A stretch of 64,000 nucleotides of DNA from assembly GCA_963800215.1 (NCBI GenBank), contig CAWCZY010000019.1, forward strand, positions 92,782 to 156,781, read 5' to 3'. Every line of letters starts with the position of its first letter. Position 1 is the stretch's first letter. The notes beneath the pieces are model-generated. The model was not told the origin of the DNA. It saw only the letters and a program-made list of their open reading frames with translations, and did no database searches. This stretch comes from an uncultured Alphaproteobacteria bacterium (GTDB taxonomy: Bacteria > Pseudomonadota > Alphaproteobacteria > Rhizobiales > Xanthobacteraceae). The position numbers and the translations under genes were made by a program. Below are positions 42,881 through 53,727 of the stretch, piece by piece.

Positions 42881-44095
42881 ATGCCGCCTCCCGGCCCGAG
42901 CCGCCGCAGCCTGCGCGGACTGGACTGGTTCGTCCTGTTCGTCGCCAATGTGCAGACCGGCTTCGGCCCGTTCATCTCGGTCTACCTCACCACCCAGAAG
43001 TGGACGCAGGTCGACATCGGCCTCGTTCTCACGGTGGGCAGTCTCGCGGCACTGATCGGCCAGATGCCCGGCGGGATGGTGGTCGATGCCGTCCGATCGG
43101 AACGGCTGCTGTCGGGCATCGCGCTCGCGGTCATCGGGGCGAGCGCGGTTGCATTCGTGGCGATGCCGGTGTTTCCCGTGATCGCTGCCGCCGCTGTTCT
43201 GCACTCTGCCGCCAGTAGCGTGCTCGGACCGGCCATGGCGGCGATCAGCCTCGGATTGGTCGGACACGCCGTCATCGGTGAGCGGCTCGGCCGCAATGCC
43301 CGCTTCGCCTCGATCGGCAACGGTCTTGCCGCCGCCGCGATGGGGGCATGCGGATATTTTCTCTCGGCGGGATCCGTCTTCTTGGTCACGGCCGTGTTGG
43401 TCGGCCCGGCATTGCTGGCGCTTTGGACCATTTCTTCGCGGGAAATCGACCCCGATTCGGCCCATGGTGGACTGACCCGACCTCCAGCCGAGCGGCCGCC
43501 GACCGATATCCGGCATCTCTTCGGCAATCGCCCGCTCTTGTTCCTGGCCGGCTGTGTCATGCTGTTCCATCTCGCCAATGCCGCCATGCTGCCGCTGGTC
43601 GCAAGCGTCTTGACGGCCCGCTCGAACCAGTGGGCGACCGTCCTGATCGCATGTTGCATCGTCGCACCTCAGATCATCGTCGCGCTGTTTGCTCCCTGGG
43701 TCGGACGCCAGGCGGGGGTGTGGGGACGCCGCCCGCTGCTCCTGGTCGCTTTCGGCGTGCTGCCGGTCCGCGGGCTTCTTTTCGCTCTGGTATCGGACCC
43801 CTATTTGCTGGTCGTGGTGCAGATGCTCGACGGCATCACCGCGGCGGTGCTCGCCGTGACGGTGACGCTCATCATCGCCGACGTGACCCGGGGCACCGGA
43901 CATTTCAATCTCGGTCAGGGCGTCGTCGGCACCGCGACGGGCCTCGGCGCCTCCATGAGCACGACGCTCGCGGGTTACCTGAGCGATCATTTCGGCAACG
44001 CCGTCGCATTCTCGGGCCTGGCAGCGATCGCGGCGGCGGGTTTTGCCGCAGCCTGGGCATGGGTGAAGGAAACGCGGCCCGCGGTGAAAGCGTGA
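42881..44095 (+). CDS. MFS transporter
   Basis: ORF 42881..44095. About 12 hydrophobic segments. Its frame is preferred over the long antisense ORF 42776..44158. Confidence 0.85.
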   Translation: MPPPGPSRRSLRGLDWFVLFVANVQTGFGPFISVYLTTQKWTQVDIGLVLTVGSLAALIGQMPGGMVVDAVRSERLLSGIALAVIGASAVAFVAMPVFPVIAAAAVLHSAASSVLGPAMAAISLGLVGHAVIGERLGRNARFASIGNGLAAAAMGACGYFLSAGSVFLVTAVLVGPALLALWTISSREIDPDSAHGGLTRPPAERPPTDIRHLFGNRPLLFLAGCVMLFHLANAAMLPLVASVLTARSNQWATVLIACCIVAPQIIVALFAPWVGRQAGVWGRRPLLLVAFGVLPVRGLLFALVSDPYLLVVVQMLDGITAAVLAVTVTLIIADVTRGTGHFNLGQGVVGTATGLGASMSTTLAGYLSDHFGNAVAFSGLAAIAAAGFAAAWAWVKETRPAVKA

Positions 44096-44334
44096 CGGGC
44101 AATCGATCGAGGCGCCGGTCCGTCGGCCGCCGTCGTCAACTGTTTCGAACGGAAGCAATTTTGTGCGGGCCGGGGAACCATTTCGCCCATGGAACGTCGA
44201 AATCCATGCACCGCGCTTCCACGGGGTAGTTCAGCGTCCTGCCTGCGACATTCGACCCAGGTGAAATCGATCGCCCCATTTCGATGGGGCGGAAGCGCGC
44301 CCGAGGGCCGCGAACGGGAGGAGATTCGGAACGA

Positions 44335-46102
44335 ATGGCTGATCTTAGTCGATATTCCGACCGTCCATTGGATTTCCTGCTTCGGTTCATCCGGAGACGC
44401 TGGATCGGGCATGCCGCGATTTTGGCGTGTGTGCTGGCAGCCGTCGTTTGCTCGGTGAGCGCGCAATACGGCGTCAAGTTTCTGGTCGACGCGCTGTCGC
44501 AAGGCATAGGTGGAATGCAAAATGTTTGGATCGCATTCGTCATGCTCGTGGCCTTGATCGCGGCGGATAATCTGCTGTGGCGCATCGCAAGCCTGATCGC
44601 CAATTTCTCCTTCGTCGGCGTCACCGGCGACCTGCGGCGCGATCTGTTCTCCCACGTGACCGGCCATGCGCCGAGCTATTTCGCGGACCGGTTGCCCGGC
44701 ACGCTCGCGAGCCGCGTCACCGCGACATCCAATGCCGTCTTTACGGCGGAGAATATGTTCGTCTGGAACATATTGCCGCCATGTGCCGCGACGCTGGCGG
44801 CGATCGCGTTCGTCGGGGCCGTCAGCGTGCCGCTATCGGCGACGTTGGCGGTGGTGGCCGGCGTCATGATCGTGGTGATGTTCCGCATGGCGGCGGCGGG
44901 ACGGCCGTTGCATCACGATTTCGCCGACAAGACCGCCTCGGTCGACGGCGAAATGGTCGACGTGCTGAGCAACATGCCGATCGTGTCGGCATTCTGCGGA
45001 TTTGGCCGGGAGCAACACCGCTTCGATACCATCGTCGATCAGGAGATGACCGCACGGCGGTCCAGCCTCCTCTATCTCGAAAGGCTGCGCATCCTGCACG
45101 CCTCGGTCATCGTTATCTTGACCGCAGGGTTGCTGGGGTGGGCGATTCTTCTTTGGCAGCGCGGCGAAGCCACCACCGGCGATGTCGTACTCGTATGCAC
45201 GCTGGGAATATCGGTGCTCCATGCGACCCGAGACCTCGCGGTGGCGCTAGTCGACGTGACCCAGCACGTGGCCCGACTTTCGGAGGCGCTTTCGACACTG
45301 CTGGTCCCGCATCAATTGTGCGACCACCCGCAGGCCGTATCGCTGGTCAAGCGCGGCGCATCCATCGCTTTCGAAAACGTCTCGTTTTGCTTCCCGAACG
45401 GCCATCGCGTCTTCGAGAACCTGAGCCTCGACCTGGAACCCGGACAGCGCACCGGCCTGGTCGGCCCGTCGGGCGCCGGCAAGTCGACGCTCTTCGCACT
45501 GCTGCAGCGGCACTACGACGTGCAGGGCGGCCGCATCCTGATCGACGGCCAGGACATCTCGCGGGTGACGCAACACAGCCTGCGGGAAACCATTGCGGTG
45601 GTACCGCAGGACCTTTCCCTGTTTCATCGTTCCGCGATGGAGAACATTCGTTACGGCCGGCCGGATGCTTCCGACGACGAAGTGTTCGAAGCCGCGGTCG
45701 CCGCCAGGTGTTACGATTTCATCGAGGCGCTGCCTGACGGATTTAAGACCATCGTCGGCGAGCGCGGCATGAAGCTGTCGGGCGGACAGCGTCAGCGCAT
45801 CGCCATCGCCCGGGCGTTTCTGAAACGTGCGCCTCTTCTCCTGCTCGACGAGGCGACGTCGGCTCTCGACAGCGAATCCGAAGAGGAGATCCAGATCGCG
45901 CTGGCGAAGCCTGATGCGGGGACGCACGGTGATCGCCATCGCCCATCGGCTGTCGACCCTGAGAAATTTCGATCGCATCGTCGTCTTGCAGGCGGGACGG
46001 ATGGTGGAGGACGGTTCGCCGGACCACCTCATGCAACGCGACGGGCTTTATCGCGCGTTCGTCAAGCGGGAAATGAGCCATTTCGCCCAGCGGGCCGCGT
46101 AG
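44335..46102 (+). pseudogene. ABC exporter (fused permease/ATPase, MsbA-like) with a +1 frameshift near 45910
   Basis: ATG at 44335. Walker A GPSGAGKST, signature LSGGQRQRIAIARA, Walker B LLLLDEATSALD. After IALAK the conserved LMRGRTVIAIAHRLSTLRNFDRIVVL continues in ORF 45827..46102. Confidence 0.9.
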
Positions 46103-46255
46103 GTGCTATGATCGCCAAAACGCGGAGGCGGCCATGCGGTTCGTCCCGATCGGACCGCCGAGGTGGAAGGCATGCGCCGCACCACGCTAAAGGGCGACGG
46201 ACCGACGACAGTGCAGATGGTGATGGCGTGATTTGCTGGCCGGGACGATCCGGTC

Positions 46256-46292
46256 TTGCTCTCCCTCCCCCGCAAGCGGGAGAGGGAGCAAA
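46256..46292. repeat. CTCCCTCCCC hairpin repeat between convergent genes
   Basis: TTGCTCTCCCTCCCCCGCAAGCGGGAGAGGGAGCAA. Confidence 0.5.
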
Positions 46293-46340
46293 AGGCCGAT
46301 GCGGCGGGAACGATCATTCCCGCCGCACTGGTATTGGATA

Positions 46341-47180
46341 TCACTCCAACTCTTCGATGTCGTTCGCATCGGGCGTCGAAACCGGCTCCGTGACATCCGG
46401 TATCGTTCCCGTATACGCCGGCCCCTCGCTGTCTTGTGCAGCTTGACCGGGAACCGCAACGGCCGCGGTTTGGGTGACGTCGACCGTGATGGCGTCGACC
46501 GGTTCAATCGCCGGCGCCGGAGACGCATCGGTCGCGGCTTCGGCGCTGATCACCGGGATTGATTCCGTCGCCGATGGCTCCGATATCGATCCCGTATGCG
46601 CCGATTCCTCGGTGTCCCCTGCGTCTTGACCGGGAACGGCAACAGTCACGGTTTGGGCAATTTCGAACACGATGGCGTCGGCTTCGATGGCCGGCGCCGC
46701 CGCCGCGTCGGTCGCGGCCTCGGCATCAACCGCCAGGACCGGTTCCGTCGCCGGCAGTTCCGTTATCGATCCCGTAACCGCCGCTTCCTCGTTGTCCCCC
46801 GCGCCTTGGCCGGGAACCGCGATGGTCACGGTCTCGATCACTTCGACGACAACGGCGTCGGCGGATTGGATCGCCGGTGCCGGGGACGCTTCGGTCAAAG
46901 AGGCCGCGGTAGCAGCCGGCTCGATCGTGCTGGCGGGGGACGACGGCTGATCGACCTCCGCGAGCGGTGCTTTGACGGTGCAGGTCTCGGCACCCTCATC
47001 GTAAGATGCGCAAGGCAGTGCGCCGACGCTCTCGGTGCCGTTTGCATCGGCATCGGGGGCGAGGGTCTGCATCGCGGAAGACGTTGCCTCGAGGGCATCG
47101 GCATAAACGAGAGAGCCGCCGCATGTGAACGAGGCCACGAGCACGGCCAAGCCCAGGACTCTGGCGAGTTTGGTTTTCAT
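46341..47180 (-). CDS. secreted, extremely acidic protein with three ~60-aa tandem repeats
   Basis: ORF 46341..47180. Signal peptide MKTKLARVLGLAVLVASF. The repeat PAPAI..DA....V..TV..AVPGQ.A.D.EE.A.TGSI.E..ATE occurs three times. Almost no basic residues. Confidence 0.65.
   Translation of the reverse strand: MKTKLARVLGLAVLVASFTCGGSLVYADALEATSSAMQTLAPDADANGTESVGALPCASYDEGAETCTVKAPLAEVDQPSSPASTIEPAATAASLTEASPAPAIQSADAVVVEVIETVTIAVPGQGAGDNEEAAVTGSITELPATEPVLAVDAEAATDAAAAPAIEADAIVFEIAQTVTVAVPGQDAGDTEESAHTGSISEPSATESIPVISAEAATDASPAPAIEPVDAITVDVTQTAAVAVPGQAAQDSEGPAYTGTIPDVTEPVSTPDANDIEELE
46400..46930. repeat. three tandem ~180-183 bp coding repeats
   Basis: The GACCGGGAAC / GGCCGGGAAC anchor recurs at 46445, 46628 and 46808. 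Confidence 0.7.
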
Positions 47181-47622
47181 TTTTTCTTACTCCACGCTAG
47201 ATTTACTCCACGCTACTTGGGCGAGAGGCTGCTGCGGACGACAGCCGTTCGCAGGCGAGGTGCGAGCCCGCCTGGCACAGTCGAATTAATTGTCGAGAAC
47301 AGCCCGAACCCCTCGACCGCATCGTGAGGCGGGCCCGGTTAAGGAACCATTGCGACCCGTCGCGGCGCGCTAAAAATTAGGCGGCGGATGCGTCGAATGC
47401 GGCAAAAAACAGGCGGCGACGAAATTCCGCCCCAATGAAGAAATTTGCGGCCGAACCACCTCGTCTGCGAGCAAATGTATTCCGCCGCTCCCTCCGTCTC
47501 CGCGACATTGCGCTGTCCGTCGGACAGCCCTTCGGCTCGATCGCATTCGAGCCCCCAGCGCGGGGCAAGACTTTGCACGCGTCTCATCGAGATGACACGC
47601 GGGAAACATTATATGAGTCTTA

Positions 47623-47666
47623 TTGACAAATAATCTGTACGCCAATTAATGTAGCTTAGGCTACAT
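47623..47666 (+). promoter_or_regulatory. candidate sigma70-type promoter (TTGACA-17-TTAATG) overlapping the palindrome ATGTAGC-TTAG-GCTACAT
   Basis: Seen directly in an AT-richer 700-bp intergenic region, about 230 nt upstream of the porin start. Function untested. Confidence 0.25.
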
Positions 47667-47894
47667 TGTGACGCCGATGATGGAAACAGGCAGGGGGCTT
47701 GGCCGTGACCAAACCGCTCGTCCGAAAAGCGTCGCTGACCGAACGTACCGTTTCGACCGGCCGCGAGGTGTTGACCGGCCGGCGCCGCGGAATGGGTGCG
47801 TACTTGGCGTTCGCCGGCCCGGCGGTGGTCGCCTCGACCGCCCACAATCCCGGAGGCTTCGCGTCCGACATCGAGGCAGGCGTTCTGGGCTCCG

Positions 47895-50013
47895 ATGCCG
47901 GTTGACCGCGCCTCCACCCGCACCTCATCGGCTACGCTCCGCGTTCGCGCCGGTCTTGCACGCGCTGCCCTCTTTTGCCTGGGCGTTGCGCCGGCTGCCC
48001 TGTCCACGATCTCCGCGCGGGCGGCCGACCTGCCGGGTCAGTCGCCATCGCCCGTGTTGGCGAAAGCACCGATCGCGGACGACTGGTCCGGCTTCTATTT
48101 CGGCGGCCATGTCGGCTTTGCGTCGGCGGGGTCCGACTTCACGGCGACGCAGCCCGGCAAGGGTCCCAATCTGACCGGCACGCTCGATCTGTTCCGCCCC
48201 TACGATTTCTTCATGGGCGAAGGCAGCAATTTCGGTGGCTTCCAGGCCGGCTACAACACCCTCTTCAAGTCGGGCCTCCTGGTCGGAATCGAGGCCGACA
48301 TATCATTTCCCGGCTATATGTCCGGCACCGGCGGCTTGGCGACGCCGTCGATCGGCACGGCGACCTACAGCGACCAGGTGGACATGTCGGGTTCGGTGCG
48401 CGCCCGGATCGGCTATGCCTTCGACCGCTGGCTCTATTACGCGACCGCCGGCTATGCCTGGACGCAGGATAATTTGACCCGCACCCAGCTCGGCGACAAC
48501 CCCGCCGGAGCGACCGGGGGCACCGTCGAAAGCAAATTCCCCGCACGGAGCGGGTGGACGGTGGGGGCGGGGGTCGAGGCGCCGCTGGTGCCGCATTGGA
48601 CCACGCGGCTGGAATATCTCTATTCCGATTTCGGCACCGCCAGCGTGACGTTTCCCCTGGCCGGACAGCGGTTCGAACTCGAACCTTTCCGTGCAAGAGG
48701 TCCGCGTCGGGCTGAACTACAAGCTGGGCGACAGCGGTTCGAACGCGAATAGCTTTTTGACGGCGCCGGCGGCCCCGGAGGGCGACAATTGGGCCATTCA
48801 CACCCAAACCACTTTTGCCAGCCAGTACGCACCGCCGTTTCGCGCGCCTTATCGGGGGGCCAACAGCCTCGACCCGAACGCCGGCCGCGAGACCTGGGAC
48901 GCCACGCTCTATGCCGGGCTCAAGCTTTGGCCGGGCGCCGATGTCTGGATCACGCCCGAGACCAACCAGGGCTTCGGGCTCAGCAACACCCACGGCATAG
49001 CCGGCTTCCCCAATGGAAACGCCTACAAGGTCGGCGCCGACGACCCCTATCTGCGGGTGCCCCGCATCTTCATCCGCCAGACCATCGACCTTGACGGCGA
49101 GACAGAAAAGGTGGAGGCGGACCTCAACACATTCGCGGGGTCGCGATCTTCCAACCGAGTGGTCGTCACAGTCGGAAAATTCGCGGTGTGGGATTGGTTC
49201 GATGGCAACAAATATGCGCATGAACCGCGCAGCGACTTTTTCAATTGGGCGCTCATCGACACCGGCACGTTCGACTACGCCGCGGATTCATGGGGCTATA
49301 CCTACGGGGCAACGGCGGAATGGTATCAAGGCCCCTGGACATTGCGCGGGTGCCTCTGCGATCTCTCGGTCGTTCCCAACAGCCCGGAATTGGACCCGAC
49401 GCTCAGGCAGTTTCAGTGGGTCGGTGAACTCGAGCTTCGCCACGAGCTATGGGGAGAGCCCGGGAAGGTTATTGCGACCGGCTTCTTGAGCCGCGGACGC
49501 ATGGGCCGTTACGACGACGCTCTCGAACTCGCAGCGTCGACCGGAAGCATACCCGACACGTCGTTGGTGCGCCACTACGCCAGCCGAGGCGGTGTCGGCC
49601 TGAGCGTCGAACAACAGGTCTCATCGGATCTGGGCGTGTTCGCGCGCACCGGCTGGGCTGACGGCGATATGGAACCCTACGAATTCACCGACATCGACAG
49701 GACCGTTGCCGGCGGCCTCTCGCTCACCGGCCAGCGATGGGGCAGGCCAAACGACACGTTTGGTCTTGCCGGCGTCGTCAATGGCATCTCCGGCGAGCAT
49801 CAAGCCTATCTCAACGCAGGAGGCCTCGGCATCCTGGTCGGCGACGGACAATTGCCGCATCCGGGGCTGGAGCAGATCATCGAGACGCTCTACAGCTTTC
49901 CAGTGGGCTCGTGGCTGGCGACCGCCGACTACCAGTTCATCGCCAATCCCGGTTACAACCGCGATCGCGGACCGGTTTCAGTCATCGCGATGCGGCTGCA
50001 CGCGCAGTTCTAA
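47895..50013 (+). pseudogene. outer membrane protein fusing an Omp25-like barrel to an OprB-family carbohydrate porin; +1 frameshift near 48684
   Basis: ATG at 47895, signal peptide ending ISARAAD. The N-terminal part resembles the OMP at 23575 (GFYFGGHVGF, GWTVGAGVE, LEYLYSDF). Its expected last strand LSVQEVRVGLNYKLG is in the +1 frame, which runs on without a stop into an OprB-like sequence (ORF 48691..50013) that has no signal peptide of its own. Confidence 0.8.
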
Positions 50014-50031
50014 TCGCCGTGCGTGCCGCCC

Positions 50032-51549
50032 TCACTGCCCCTTGCGGGCCGCGCTCGCGAACCGGCGGGCTTCCTCGGCGGCGCGGAACAGGGCCTTGGC
50101 CTTGTTGATGCATTCCTGCTGCTCGCTGGCGGGGTTCGAATCCGCGACGATGCCGGCGCCGGCCTGGACGTACATCTTGCCGTCCTTGACGAGCGCGGTG
50201 CGCAGCACGATGCAGCTGTCCATGTCGCCGGTGGCGGAGAAATAGCCGACGCAGCCGGCATAGAGCCCGCGCTTTTCCTTTTCCAGCTCGTCGATGATCT
50301 CCATGGCGCGCACCTTGGGGGCGCCGGAGACGGTGCCGGCCGGAAAGCCCGCCGCCAACGCGTCGAGGGCATCGTGGCGGGCATCGAGCTTACCCTCGAC
50401 ATTGGAGACGATGTGCATGACCTGGCTGTAACGCTCGACGAAGAACTGGTCGGTGACCACCACGGTGCCGATCTTCGCGACGCGGCCCACATCGTTGCGG
50501 CCGAGATCGAGCAGCATCAGGTGCTCGGCGCGCTCCTTGGGGTCGGCGAGCAGTTCTTCTTCCAGCGCCTTGTCCTCGTGGGGCGTCGGCCCGCGCGGCT
50601 TGGTGCCGGCGATGGGCCGGATCGTCACGGTGTCGCCGCGCGCGCGCACCAGGATTTCCGGACTGGAGCCGGCGACGGCAAATCCGTCATAGTCGAGATA
50701 GAACAGGAACGGCGCCGGATTGACCCGGCGCAGTGCCCGGTAAAGCGCGAATGCGGGCAGCGTGAACGGCGCCTCGAAGCGCTGCGCCAGCACCACCTGG
50801 AAAATGTCGCCGGCGGCGATGTACTCCTTCGCCCGCGCCACCATGGCGTGGAATTCCTGCGGCGTGGTGTTGGAGACGGCCGCCACGTCGAGCGCCGCCG
50901 CGAGGTCGCCCGCGGGCTCCTTGGCGAGCGGCCTGTCGAGCGCGTCGACCACCGCGGTGAGCCGCTCGACCGCGCGGCTCAGGGCGCGCTCCGCGTCGAG
51001 CCCGGCGGCCGGCCGCACCGGGGTGACGAGGGTGATGGTGTCGAGCACGGAATTGAAGATGATCACCACGGTCGGCCGCACCAGGATGGCGTCGGGAATT
51101 CCGATCGGGTCGGGATTGGGCGCCGCCAGCTCTTCCATCAGACGGACCATGTCGTAGCTGAGATAGCCGAACACCCCCGCCGCCATGGGCGGCAGGCTCG
51201 CGGGCATGTCGATCCGGCTCTCCTGGACGAAGGCGCGCAGCGCCGCGAGCGGCGGCTCGGCGCAGGGCGCGAAGGCGTCCGGCTCGGTGCGTGCCTTCCG
51301 GTTGATCTCGGCGCGCATCCCGCGGGCGCGCCACACCACGTCGGGGTCGAGGCCGATGATCGAGTAGCGCCCGCGCACCGCGCCGCCCTCGACGGATTCC
51401 AGGAGGAAGCTCAGCCTCTTGCCGGCGCCGGTCTTGAGGAAGGCGGAGACCGGCGTGTCGAGATCGGCGACCAGCGTCGTCCACGCGACCTGGGTCGCGC
51501 CCCGCGCATAGGTTGCCGCGAAGACGCCGGCGGAAGGCTCGATCTGCAT
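50032..51549 (-). CDS. trpE: anthranilate synthase component I
   Basis: ORF 50032..51549. Motifs LLESVEGG, FRAPEYR-free core with GAYGGYVGYF-like CVGYFSATGDMD, and GAGIVADS. Confidence 0.96.
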   Translation of the reverse strand: MQIEPSAGVFAATYARGATQVAWTTLVADLDTPVSAFLKTGAGKRLSFLLESVEGGAVRGRYSIIGLDPDVVWRARGMRAEINRKARTEPDAFAPCAEPPLAALRAFVQESRIDMPASLPPMAAGVFGYLSYDMVRLMEELAAPNPDPIGIPDAILVRPTVVIIFNSVLDTITLVTPVRPAAGLDAERALSRAVERLTAVVDALDRPLAKEPAGDLAAALDVAAVSNTTPQEFHAMVARAKEYIAAGDIFQVVLAQRFEAPFTLPAFALYRALRRVNPAPFLFYLDYDGFAVAGSSPEILVRARGDTVTIRPIAGTKPRGPTPHEDKALEEELLADPKERAEHLMLLDLGRNDVGRVAKIGTVVVTDQFFVERYSQVMHIVSNVEGKLDARHDALDALAAGFPAGTVSGAPKVRAMEIIDELEKEKRGLYAGCVGYFSATGDMDSCIVLRTALVKDGKMYVQAGAGIVADSNPASEQQECINKAKALFRAAEEARRFASAARKGQ

Positions 51550-51565
51550 GGACGCGAGGCCGGCC

Positions 51566-53475
51566 CTAATTGTTGGTCGCGCGGCCGACGGCCTGGCTGA
51601 GCGCCTGCTGATTGATGTCGGTGCCGAGGTCGGTCTCCAGCTGCGTCACGTACTGGGTCAACAATTCGTCCCCATAGGAGTTGCGCAGCTGGTCCTGGAG
51701 CGGCTTCGCCGCCGCCCCGCCGGCTTCGAAGGTCGGCTCCTTGATGTCGGTGACCTTGAAGATGATCCGCTCGGTCGGCGTCTTGCCGTCCGCGGTGCCG
51801 ACGCCGTCCTTCGGGGTACGGAACACCTGGGCCACGACCGCGGGCGGCATGATCGCGGTCCCTTGCCGTTTGAGCCCCCATTTGGTCTCGACCATCAGCT
51901 GATCGGCGGCGGCGATGTCGGCGAGCGTCGTGCCCGCCTTGAGCTTGTCGACGATCTCCGTGGTCTTGGCGTCGAGAGCTTTGGTGACCTCGTCCTCGCG
52001 CCAGCGCGCCTCGACCCGGTCCTTGACCTCGTCGAGCGTGCGTTCCCGCGACGGCGTGATGCCGGCGACCTCGTACCAGACAAAGCCGCCGCCGGGGATC
52101 GGCAGCGGATCGTTCTCGGCTCCGACGTCGGCCGAAAAAGCGTCGTTGATGAGATCGACGCCTTTCGGCAGCCCGGTGATCGGCTGGTCGGCCGGCGAGC
52201 GGCCGGCGCGGTCGACCGCGTCGATGGCCGTCACCGGAAGATTCAGTTTCTTGGCGATGTCCTCCAACTTTGTGCCGTTGGCATATTCGTCCTCGATCTT
52301 GTCCCTGATCTTGTTCACGTCGCCCTTGGCGCGATCGACCGCGATGTCGTGCTTGATGTCCTTCTCGACCTCGGCGAACGGCTTGGTCGAGCCCGGTTCG
52401 ATCTTGACGACCCGCACGATGGCGGTGGCGAACCGGCCGGTCACGGCGCCGCTGACGGCGCCGTCGGCCAGCCCGAAGGCGGCATTGGCGATGGCGGGAT
52501 CGATCATCTCCGCCCTGGTGACGGTGCCGAGATCGATGTCCTTGTCGGTCAATTTGCGTTCCGCGGCCACGGCATCGAAGCTGATTCCGCCGGCGATCTG
52601 CTTGGACGCCGCCTCCGCCTCCGCGGCATTGGGGAACGATATCTGCTGGACCTGCCGGCGTTCCGGAACGGCATAGCGGCTCAGGCGAATCTCGTAGGTG
52701 CGCTTGGCGTCCTCGTCGCTGACCTCGACGGTTTTGGCGAGTTCCTCGGGCGACACCGTCAGCACCGCCAGCTTGCGATATTCCGGCGCCCGGAACGCCG
52801 CCTTGTGCTCGTCGAAATAGGCGGTCAGCTGCTCCGGCGTCGGCGCCGGGATGTCGCCGAGCTTGTTGCCGTCGAGAACGACATAGTCGATGCTGCGTTC
52901 CTCGTTCTGGTAACGGTCGAGCACCTCGGCCGCGGTCTTGGGCGGCGTGAATTCGCCGCCGATGGCGGTCGCGAGCTGATGGCGCAGCGTCTCCCGGCGC
53001 TGCTCGCCGACGAAGCGCTGCTCGGTAAAGCCGGCCTGGCGGATCAGCTGCTGGAACGCGGCTGTCGTCGAACTGCCCGTTGAGGCCGCGGAACGCGGGA
53101 TCCTCGGTGATGCGCTTGGCCACCTCGGCGTCGGAAATGCCGAGCCCGAGCTGGCGGGCGCGCTCGTCGAGCGCGGCCTCGCGCGATCATCTGGCCGAGG
53201 ATCTGCTGCTCCAGGCCGAGCGCGCGGGCCTGGTCGGGCGTGATCGGACGGCCGAGCTGCTGGCTGAGGCGCTGCAAACGCTCGTTGTACTGGTTGCGGA
53301 ACTGGTCGATCGAAATCTCGGTCTTGCCGATCTTGGCCACGGTGAAAACGCCGAAGCCGCGGAAAATGTCGCCGATGCCCCAGATGCCGAAGCTGATCAC
53401 CAGGAACAGCACCACCGCCGCCATGATGATGCGGCCGAGCCAGTTGGAGGAGGCTTGTCGTAGACCTCGGAGCAT
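51566..53475 (-). pseudogene. ppiD: PpiD/SurA-N family peptidyl-prolyl isomerase with two +1 frameshifts
   Basis: The N-terminus MLRGLRQASSNWLGRIIMAAVVLFLVISFGIWG runs to ILGQMIA. The sequence continues as EAALDERARQLGLGISDAEVAKRITEDPAFRGLNGQFDDSR in a second frame. It then continues as FQQLIRQAGFTEQRF to the end in ORF 51566..53485. Confidence 0.88.
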
Positions 53476-53727
53476 GGGCGATCACTGAATTTGAGTGCGC
53501 GGGAACGGCCGCAGCCGGACGATCAGGCCGGCCTTATAGCCGGCTTCATAAGTCGACGCATCATAGGGTTCGCGCAAGCCCATCGCAACCGACCGCCCTG
53601 TGGTGCGCGACCGCAGGGCGCGATCCGGCGGCCGGCGAGCCCCTTCCACCCGCCCCCGGCGTCTGCTAACCGCCTCTGACGGAGTGGACTTAAATGCTTG
53701 GCCGACCCTTCAGGCGGGGTCCAATTC

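Noticed and set aside
46400-46930. Regularly spaced repeats that might suggest a CRISPR array
   Set aside because: The 180-bp units are contiguous, with no unique spacers. They are in frame within a signal-peptide-bearing ORF and diverged at the protein level. They are a coding tandem repeat, not a CRISPR array.
50128-50146. tRNA T-arm-like motif GGCGGGGTTCGAATCCGC
   Set aside because: It lies inside the well-conserved trpE coding sequence, and no acceptor, D or anticodon arms can be built around it. No tRNA genes were found anywhere in the window.
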